Shown piece after piece: positions 19,015-25,503 of a stretch of 29,427 bases of DNA. Within the stretch, counting starts at the first letter, position 1. Every line of letters begins with the position of its first letter. The notes below the pieces were generated by a model, which made no database searches, was not told where the DNA came from, and worked only from the letters and a program-made list of their open reading frames with translations. The stretch lies in IMG/VR virus record IMGVR_UViG_3300048590_000053, positions 1 to 29,427 of that record; one strand, given 5' to 3'. The stretch comes from a virus (Duplodnaviria > Caudoviricetes). A program made the position numbers and the translations under genes.

Positions 19015-19230
19015 CTAAGTACTTGTTAGATTTGAAAGTTCTCTGTAAGCGTCATGTGGACAACTTTGACTTTCGGCAAGTACTCTCATTGTACCATACC
19101 TTTTAGGAGACTGTGATGGTCCGGTGTTACCTTTCTTCGGCACCACTGCATTTGGCACTTCAACTGTTACATTAGTCTTTTTAGGTGATACCGCAACACT
19201 TGGCTTAGATGAGTTTACTGAGACGTTCAT
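19015..19230 (-). CDS. Short, possibly vestigial fibre N-terminus
   Basis: ATGA-coupled to the adaptor gene; Val-rich beta N-terminus ending KGNTGP; its 3' part overlaps the nrdJ promoter and leader. Confidence 0.45.
   Translation of the reverse strand: MNVSVNSSKPSVAVSPKKTNVTVEVPNAVVPKKGNTGPSQSPKRYGTMRVLAESQSCPHDAYRELSNLTST
19088..19096 (-). promoter_or_regulatory. Extended -10 promoter TGGTACAAT for nrdJ
   Basis: Motif ~80 nt upstream of the nrdJ GTG. Confidence 0.7.
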
Positions 19231-19583
19231 GATACGTCAGATGTGACAACAATTCTACCAATTACAGGAGTCCACTTTGTTCCATTACCTTTGGTGATTT
19301 GTAGATCAAAGAGCAGTTGGGTTTGATTGACACCTACCCCACCCCATTCAGCAGTAATAGAAGAAGGCGCAGTGATAGTGACAACGTTATTAACGGCAGT
19401 TGGTGTCAACGTATATACAGATACACCCCGCTTTGCCTTGGAGGTGTACGTCCAGTCCTGAGTATTGACTGGTAGGCCGTCGTCATCAAATAGTGTAATC
19501 TCAATTGACGAGTCGTCACCACGCACAACATTCCAGACTATTTTAGCCGGGGTTGCTCCAGCATGCGCATCAATTGCAGACAT
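19227..19583 (-). CDS. Ig-like fibre adaptor (BppU N-terminal-like)
   Basis: VVRGDD...LFDLQITKGNGTKWTPVIGRIVVTSDVS; paralog of 24470..24820. Confidence 0.65.
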   Translation of the reverse strand: MSAIDAHAGATPAKIVWNVVRGDDSSIEITLFDDDGLPVNTQDWTYTSKAKRGVSVYTLTPTAVNNVVTITAPSSITAEWGGVGVNQTQLLFDLQITKGNGTKWTPVIGRIVVTSDVS

Positions 19584-19589
19584 GCTCCA

Positions 19590-19598
19590 ATTGTAGCA
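19590..19598 (-). promoter_or_regulatory. Leaderless extended -10 promoter TGCTACAAT
   Basis: 6 nt before ATG 19583. Confidence 0.8.
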
Positions 19599-19602
19599 TT
19601 AT

Positions 19603-20268
19603 TTACGCCATCATGTATCGAATGCATGCTGAAATCTTAACTGCTGGACGTGGAGATGGCAAAGTGTACCTAATGTCGTTGGCGCTAACGACTGGTACTG
19701 AGTAGTTTGGCAACCCCAGCCTCCACCACGACCACGAACTATTGTTGTACCCGGTATCTCTAGCAGACCCGCTATTACCATTCAACTGCCTGTTCCATGC
19801 CCAATCGTATGAAAGGTTGTCAATTGCCCACTGGTCCACTCCAACAGACGTTTTGATGGCTTGAATTGCCATGTTACCCGGCAAGTTTGGAAATGTGGAC
19901 ATGACGATCTTGCCCTGCTCGGAAGGAATACTCCACGGAGCACTTTGCACCTGCCAAAATCCCTGACCTATTGGCTTTCCAGCACCGCCAGCATTCCACG
20001 TTTTACCAGCAATAATGTAAGGTAGTTCGATATCCCAATGGCTCCTAGTTCCGCCATAATTGCTGTTTGCTGACATGAGCATGTTGAACATTCCAAAAAA
20101 CTCACCGTTGTGAGTTGTATACTTTGAACCGGCATAACTAACGTTAGTGATTCCGTTGTACCCTGGAAACTCAATTGCTGTAGGGCTTGGCACGTCAGAT
20201 ACCAGTCGCACATTTGGCGTCCAACTCACCCACTGAGAGCCTAGTGCCGTTCGTTTAGTCCACGTCAT
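19603..20268 (-). CDS. Putative fibre tip / receptor-binding beta domain 3
   Basis: MTWTKR start, WVSWTP, WDIELP, terminal IRYMMA; ATGA-coupled. Confidence 0.6.
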   Translation of the reverse strand: MTWTKRTALGSQWVSWTPNVRLVSDVPSPTAIEFPGYNGITNVSYAGSKYTTHNGEFFGMFNMLMSANSNYGGTRSHWDIELPYIIAGKTWNAGGAGKPIGQGFWQVQSAPWSIPSEQGKIVMSTFPNLPGNMAIQAIKTSVGVDQWAIDNLSYDWAWNRQLNGNSGSARDTGYNNSSWSWWRLGLPNYSVPVVSANDIRYTLPSPRPAVKISACIRYMMA

Positions 20269-20708
20269 GCTGCCTCATAAAACATCTGTAGACTTAAACC
20301 TTGTGGCACATTACTCTCGGCTATGCCATATGGAAATTCGCTAATGTAGTCGTATGCGGTATACTGCCTTGAGTTGACAAGCGCCGCCTTGTTTGGATCA
20401 ATCGTCAACGCCACATAGCCATGTGCCATGTACCATGATGATGCGCCAGCAGTCAGCAGCGTCCAGGTGCCTATGGTATGAAAGTCTCCTGTAACGGCTG
20501 GGACGGGAAGTGAAATCCTCCACCGACCAGAACCACTGGAGTTAGAAGTGCCTGTTGTGTACATGCGAGCATGAGCCAATACCAGATCACCATTTTTTTG
20601 ATAAACGTTAGCGCCATTGCTTAAATACCACGTATAAGGGTTGGTATCTGCGGTAAGTTGTGGTGACCAGTTTGCCCAGTCTGTAGACGATCTTTTTGTC
20701 CAACTCAT
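20265..20708 (-). CDS. Putative fibre tip / receptor-binding beta domain 2
   Basis: MSWTKR start, WANWSPQL, YQKNGDLV, WRISLPVPA, terminal FYEAA; resembles the C-terminal domain of 22881..24473. Confidence 0.65.
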   Translation of the reverse strand: MSWTKRSSTDWANWSPQLTADTNPYTWYLSNGANVYQKNGDLVLAHARMYTTGTSNSSGSGRWRISLPVPAVTGDFHTIGTWTLLTAGASSWYMAHGYVALTIDPNKAALVNSRQYTAYDYISEFPYGIAESNVPQGLSLQMFYEAA

Positions 20709-21235
20709 ATAAAGTACTCCAAACTAAAAGTGATTGGTCCGTACTCGAAATAGAATGATCCGATCAACTCATTCTTGTTTGCTTCTGTCAGCCACGTCCA
20801 ATTACCGTCTTTTATTGGCCACAAGTCCATTGTGAAGCCGTTTCTATATTGATGTTGCGGCACTCGCATGTACTGAAGTAGTGTACCACTAGAGCCACTA
20901 TAATATACCCCGAACTGAGCGCTATACCCTCCGAAGACCACATGGCTGGCGTGCCCTACTTGCAACCAACCTCCACCATATTTTGGCTTTGGAAGAGTAT
21001 TGTCAGCGAACCATATCTTCCAATTATAATTGGCAGGGGCATTCTGCCACCTAGCAGTAGGGTTAAATACAACTTGAGCGTTTACGAGATTTCCACGAAC
21101 AGTGTAATATGACTCATCAGTGCAGTAGTCGTATGAAGTATCCATCATGTAATTGCCTGACTCTGCTCCAATAATAGAGTGTCCAGCAATAGAGACCTTA
21201 TTGCTGCGTGCGTACCCGCGAGATACCCAGGTCAT
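20705..21235 (-). CDS. Putative fibre tip / receptor-binding beta domain 1 (start revised to 21235)
   Basis: ATGA overlap at 21232-21235 with GGGAGG SD gives MTWVSRG; YTVRGNLV, terminal LEYFI. Confidence 0.6.
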   Translation of the reverse strand: MTWVSRGYARSNKVSIAGHSIIGAESGNYMMDTSYDYCTDESYYTVRGNLVNAQVVFNPTARWQNAPANYNWKIWFADNTLPKPKYGGGWLQVGHASHVVFGGYSAQFGVYYSGSSGTLLQYMRVPQHQYRNGFTMDLWPIKDGNWTWLTEANKNELIGSFYFEYGPITFSLEYFI

Positions 21236-22200
21236 GCATCCTCCCAAATTTCTCCGGTAAGCCTATTGTAATACCAGTCTCCTATCTGCTGACCAAGTGC
21301 GCCTGGATTTGCCGTTCCTGTAAACCACATATTGCCACGAATTTTCTTCCACGTTCCTTCATAGACCCACAATGAATCTGAGTCTCCACCAGACTTAATG
21401 TGCAGGCTACCACCGACAGTTACACCTGACGGATTAGAGGTAGATGCGGTTATCTTTGCCAACTGAGTTTGTGTTGAAAAGTCTATTCCCGCCCTTGCTC
21501 TAATTACATCTGTTGAATCAACTCCTGCCGTTGTTGTCAATCCAGTTGCAGTTAGCGACCCATTGACTGTGACAGCACCTAGCAATGCGACGGTAGCCCC
21601 CACTGAGTTACCAATATTAACAACAGTTGACCCGCCTGTGGAGCCAGTACCAATGTTGATATATTTGGTACCACTCGACTTTGCGCCGGTACCAATATTA
21701 ACGGATACTGTTGGTGGAGTGGTTGCATTACCAATAGTTAAAGAACTTAGTCCACTACCACCAAGAACAATAGATGATACGCTTCCGCCTGTTCCGATAT
21801 TAGACAACTTTTCAAACGCCGTTGAGTCGGTGGTGGCTACCGTTCCATTTACCGCTGGTAAATTAAGAGTTGCAGTTGTACCCAGCCCTGTTGCCTGAAT
21901 ATTCAGGGTTCCATTATCACTAACGAACTTAAGTGTTGGAGAAGACGTACTATCATTATCAATGGTTAGCGATGTTTTGGCAATGCCATTCAGTATATTG
22001 AGTTTATCGGTGTTAAGTCTGTAAATGTGGTATGCGATTGATTCGGCAGGTAGTTCTGCTGGATCAGTTTGAACATCTCCATCTTCATGACCATAATAAA
22101 ATACCCTCAGTCCCTCTTGAATGTGAGCGATGTCAGTAAGGTTGGGAAGTCTTGTTGGGTACACGATACCGCTTTTTACTCCCTGGGCGGTTAATGGCAT
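21232..22200 (-). CDS. Fibre shaft protein
   Basis: 322 aa Gly/Thr/Ser-rich; repeated VNIGTG/INIGTG/VNIGNS; ends in GDWYYNRLTGEIWEDA. Confidence 0.7.
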   Translation of the reverse strand: MPLTAQGVKSGIVYPTRLPNLTDIAHIQEGLRVFYYGHEDGDVQTDPAELPAESIAYHIYRLNTDKLNILNGIAKTSLTIDNDSTSSPTLKFVSDNGTLNIQATGLGTTATLNLPAVNGTVATTDSTAFEKLSNIGTGGSVSSIVLGGSGLSSLTIGNATTPPTVSVNIGTGAKSSGTKYINIGTGSTGGSTVVNIGNSVGATVALLGAVTVNGSLTATGLTTTAGVDSTDVIRARAGIDFSTQTQLAKITASTSNPSGVTVGGSLHIKSGGDSDSLWVYEGTWKKIRGNMWFTGTANPGALGQQIGDWYYNRLTGEIWEDA

Positions 22201-22206
22201 AGTACT

Positions 22207-22215
22207 ATTATAGCA
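22207..22215 (-). promoter_or_regulatory. Leaderless extended -10 promoter TGCTATAAT
   Basis: 6 nt before ATG 22200. Confidence 0.8.
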
Positions 22216-22662
22216 TTATTTAGCAGTCCAGCCAGTATTGCTACTACCCCCCGCAGTTTTGAGGTACAGTGTGGTGTTTACTGAACCATTAGTTCTTGTG
22301 TACATTGATCCCTGTGGAGCGGCAACCACTCCTTCTGGTGAGTTTGCCCCGGTAATGACTTCAGGCTGAGTGATCCTTTGAATGATACGTACCCAATCAT
22401 CACCGCCAGGTAGTGATCTATACTCCCATACGTCACCGATGTTTTCTCCTGATCTTACCAGGAACATGTCACCAACAACGAACTCAGCAATCCCCCCAAA
22501 ATAAACATGGTCTGGTTGAAGTCCTACCGGAGACGTGTCACCACTGAATATGCGCGATCCACGCTTGCCTGGGGTACCTACTTCAGTCTCAATAACAATC
22601 TTCGACACCATTCCTGCAACGGTTACTTCGTTAGTAGAAACGATAATCGGTATTTCTGTCAT
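22216..22662 (-). CDS. Short fibre protein (start revised to 22662)
   Basis: TATACT 6 nt before ATG 22662; N-terminus paralogous to 22881..24473; C-terminal GANSPEGVVAAPQGSMYTRT...NTGW module. Confidence 0.7.
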   Translation of the reverse strand: MTEIPIIVSTNEVTVAGMVSKIVIETEVGTPGKRGSRIFSGDTSPVGLQPDHVYFGGIAEFVVGDMFLVRSGENIGDVWEYRSLPGGDDWVRIIQRITQPEVITGANSPEGVVAAPQGSMYTRTNGSVNTTLYLKTAGGSSNTGWTAK

Positions 22663-22668
22663 GATACT

Positions 22669-22677
22669 AGTATACAC
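22669..22677 (-). promoter_or_regulatory. Leaderless -10 promoter GTGTATACT
   Basis: 6 nt before ATG 22662. Confidence 0.65.
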
Positions 22678-22867
22678 TATGTGCTAATGATGCAGTTGAG
22701 CAAGATCGTAGGTTGCATATTATTGTGCGCTGATGCGGCGTTCGCAGCCACGTTGACCCGCAGTTGCAGGCCGGGGTCTTGCGCGGCGTTGGCGGTGATA
22801 CTGAACGGGTGAGCCAGGGTGACGCTCACAGCGCGGCCACCAGCAGCGATCCGATCTGCGTGTTCAT
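22677..22867 (-). pseudogene. Recombination scar: 13-aa mini ORF plus 50-aa chimeric ORF with tail-collar-type C-terminus
   Basis: AAGGAG-led MNTQIGSLLVAAL* (22826-22867), GTGA-coupled to MSVTLAHPFSITANAAQDPGLQLRVNVAANAASAHNNMQPTILLNCIIST* (22677-22829). Confidence 0.55.
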
Positions 22868-22880
22868 GTGCTGCTCCTTC

Positions 22881-24473
22881 TTAGGCAATCTCGTAGGTGC
22901 CGTAAAGACGGATGGAGTCGCCACTGGCCCACGTTTCTGGTGCGCTTGCACTCAGGTCCGCGTAGTGGCTTGAGCCGTCAATGTAGTAGATGTTCACTGA
23001 CGTACTCGTGGCGTACGACCACACCCCCGGCCAGGCGTAGTTGGGTTGCAACCGAGCGTTCCCCATCGCGCCTGCATAAGAGATCGACAATGGCAATGTG
23101 ACAGTCACGGCCCCCGTCGGCGCTGCTGACAGAGTGCCGGAGATGGTGAAATCGCAATGCTTACCCGTGCGGGTGTGCCTGGCGGTGGTTGACGACATCG
23201 ACACGTTCGTCCATGTCGGCGCAGGTGATGCGATCCACCGACCTTCGTAGTCCACCAGCCAGTCCGTGCCCTCAGCGTTCGTACCGGGGTCTGTAACCCG
23301 CCTCCACAACAACCCTTTCAGTGAGCCGTGGGACGCGTTGGCGTCGGTCTGCCGCCACGTTGAGCCGACGGGGGCGCTGATACCGGACGGCCCGCCCGTG
23401 CCGACCATGATGCGGGGGCCGCTGGAGCCGAACTCCAAACCGGCAGTCGAGCCGACGTCGCCGAAGGTGATCTTGCCGGTAGCCCGGTTGATCGTGATGG
23501 GGTACGACAGCCCAGAGCCATCATCGGCGCGGCGGTACAGCCGGAAGTTGGAACCGGCGTTACTGCCGGACTCTGCCTCGTTCGTCTTTTGGATGATCCA
23601 TCGCTCATTGCCGCCGGAACGTAGGCGCACATCCGTGGACACGCCTGCATTGGCGTTGGCGACAAGCATTGAACTCGCCGCTCCGCCGTCACCGAACAGT
23701 GTCCCCGCGAAGTAGAGATTGTTGACACCCTGGACAGTGTTGTTATCCGCAATCGTGACGCCACTGTTTTGAATAACACCATTTACCCCATCAAATCTAG
23801 CGATGGCATTGTCTGTTGAAGTAGGCTTTGATACTTTTGAACCAAGATCACTCACCAAGTTGGTTACCGCCGACTGCGCAATGGAGATATCAATTGCTGA
23901 CCCTATATTAGTAACACGTCCCTTGGTATCTACTGTAAATGGTCTCACTTGACTTGCAACATTGTTGTATGTACCGGAACTTACGCCAGAGTTAGCCAAC
24001 GAAAGCGCTATTGACGTTTTACCTGAACCGGAAACATCACCACTCAGAGTAATGGTTTCATTAGAAGTAAGATAGTTGTTGGTATCAAATGTCCATGTGT
24101 TGGGGGCAAGTTTTTTCAGTACCCCGGTTCCATTGAGGTCTGCTATCGCTTGTAAATCTGAGTCCAGTACATACGGTGGGGTTGTACTGTCAATATTGTC
24201 TACAATGCGTACCCATTCATACCCACTACCTGCGGCTCTCCACTCCCAGTATGAGAGCAGTCCGGTACTTCTTTCGATGAATATGTCACCAGGGATGAAC
24301 TCTGTGTACCCCCCGAAGAACGGACTATTAGCAGATAGTGTATTAGGAGGTGCATTGCCAGTGAATGTTCTCGTACCCCGTTGACCTGGGGTACCTACGC
24401 CTACTTGAAGATCAATTTGACGAACGTTGCCTGCAACAGTAATCTCATTAGTTGCAACTATTACTTCGGTCAT
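22881..24473 (-). CDS. Mosaic fibre protein
   Basis: 530 aa; ITLSGDVSGSG, VDTKGRVT and STDNAIARFDG fibre motifs; high-GC C-terminal half. Confidence 0.8.
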   Translation of the reverse strand: MTEVIVATNEITVAGNVRQIDLQVGVGTPGQRGTRTFTGNAPPNTLSANSPFFGGYTEFIPGDIFIERSTGLLSYWEWRAAGSGYEWVRIVDNIDSTTPPYVLDSDLQAIADLNGTGVLKKLAPNTWTFDTNNYLTSNETITLSGDVSGSGKTSIALSLANSGVSSGTYNNVASQVRPFTVDTKGRVTNIGSAIDISIAQSAVTNLVSDLGSKVSKPTSTDNAIARFDGVNGVIQNSGVTIADNNTVQGVNNLYFAGTLFGDGGAASSMLVANANAGVSTDVRLRSGGNERWIIQKTNEAESGSNAGSNFRLYRRADDGSGLSYPITINRATGKITFGDVGSTAGLEFGSSGPRIMVGTGGPSGISAPVGSTWRQTDANASHGSLKGLLWRRVTDPGTNAEGTDWLVDYEGRWIASPAPTWTNVSMSSTTARHTRTGKHCDFTISGTLSAAPTGAVTVTLPLSISYAGAMGNARLQPNYAWPGVWSYATSTSVNIYYIDGSSHYADLSASAPETWASGDSIRLYGTYEIA

Positions 24474-24820
24474 GAAACGCCTTCAGTAACATTGATGTTA
24501 CCAGTTAAATAGGTGTATACCTCCCCACCACCAGATACCTCAACGTCATATACATAAGAAACCCCGGCTTTTAATTGGTTTCCTTGGGCTGGGGTAATTT
24601 TAATCTCAATACGTGATCCACTAATAGTTGATTCACATAGTACTGTGGCAGGGAATCCACTTCCCGGCGCTGGTGGGTTTGTTCCTCTTTCAGTAGCGAT
24701 GGTAAACTTGGCAAGGAATCCACTCAAGTCAATGGGTAGACCCGCACCGTCTTTGATATTCAAATACGTCTTGAAGGTGTCACCTCGATAGTACTCGAAG
24801 TTGGTTGTTGCTGGCATCAT
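24470..24820 (-). CDS. Ig-like fibre adaptor (BppU N-terminal-like)
   Basis: YYRGDTF...PIDLSG...YVYDVEV...YLTGNINVTEGVS; ATGA-coupled to the fibre gene. Confidence 0.7.
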   Translation of the reverse strand: MMPATTNFEYYRGDTFKTYLNIKDGAGLPIDLSGFLAKFTIATERGTNPPAPGSGFPATVLCESTISGSRIEIKITPAQGNQLKAGVSYVYDVEVSGGGEVYTYLTGNINVTEGVS

Positions 24821-24826
24821 GTATAT

Positions 24827-24835
24827 ATTATAGCA
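24827..24835 (-). promoter_or_regulatory. Leaderless extended -10 promoter TGCTATAAT
   Basis: 6 nt before ATG 24820. Confidence 0.8.
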
Positions 24836-24838
24836 TGA

Positions 24839-25114
24839 CTAAACTTCTTCGTAGTCACCGAATTCTGTTTCGTCTACGGGAAGTTCAGGTTCTTCAAGTC
24901 GCTCTACTGTAGCGGGGGCATATACTGATCCACGAGTCAACTCCCCCTGCAAAATAGGAACAACTACTACCAAGAATGCAATCAGACTAGTCACTGTTGC
25001 ATCCACTTCTGTAGTTACTGATACTCCAAGAGTACCAAGCAAAGCGATTACTGCAATCCATACCGCCCGAAGTCGGGCTGGCTCAAATTTGTTAAGCCAT
25101 GTGAATTTATCCAT
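24839..25114 (-). CDS. Putative holin / two-TM membrane protein
   Basis: 91 aa; two hydrophobic segments (AVWIAVIALLGTLGVSV; VTSLIAFLVVVVPIL) and a charged C-terminus. Confidence 0.6.
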   Translation of the reverse strand: MDKFTWLNKFEPARLRAVWIAVIALLGTLGVSVTTEVDATVTSLIAFLVVVVPILQGELTRGSVYAPATVERLEEPELPVDETEFGDYEEV

Positions 25115-25120
25115 AATGCT

Positions 25121-25129
25121 ATTGTATCA
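25121..25129 (-). promoter_or_regulatory. Leaderless extended -10 promoter TGATACAAT
   Basis: 6 nt before ATG 25114. Confidence 0.8.
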
Positions 25130-25156
25130 TAGATTACAGGCGGCGCTGCCAATAAC

Positions 25157-25351
25157 TCACGTCGGCAGTGTCGCAGATGTCCATGTTCCGGCGTAGGCGT
25201 CCGCGATGGACTGCTTACCGACCACCGCCCACTGAATCTGGTCGGCCCCGCCCAGCGGATGCGGGTCGGTGCGCCCTAGCGATGACAGGCACCCGGCAAT
25301 CCGGTTGCGGAGGTCTCCGTTGGTGGCGGCTGCTGCGATATCGGCGTACAT
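25157..25351 (-). CDS. Small fibre-associated protein, probably truncated
   Basis: AAGGAG SD; high GC; MYADIAAAATNGDLRNRIAGC resembles small proteins found after actinophage fibre genes (recalled, not searched). Confidence 0.55.
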   Translation of the reverse strand: MYADIAAAATNGDLRNRIAGCLSSLGRTDPHPLGGADQIQWAVVGKQSIADAYAGTWTSATLPT

Positions 25352-25388
25352 GATTCTCCTTGAGGGTTAGGCGGCTAGCGTTGGGTGT

Positions 25389-25499
25389 GTGGACATGGAT
25401 GCGCTGTTGCGGCTCACCCCAGCGATACGGGAGACGGTGCTTGACCTGGCGTTCGCGGACCCGTGGCCGGAAGTGCTACCCGGTAAGCCGGTGGTCTGA
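25389..25499 (+). CDS. Candidate 34-36 aa peptide resembling the fibre C-terminus
   Basis: (VD)MDALLRLTPAIRETVLDLAFADPWPEVLPGKPVV*; TAGCGT -10 at 25376-25381, 7 nt before GTG 25389; GC3-rich codons. Confidence 0.45.
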   Translation: MDMDALLRLTPAIRETVLDLAFADPWPEVLPGKPVV

Positions 25500-25503
25500 C
25501 GCA

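Noticed and set aside
19008-19100. Cobalamin riboswitch or NrdR box upstream of nrdJ
   Set aside because: Leader is too short, and I found no B12-box or NrdR consensus.
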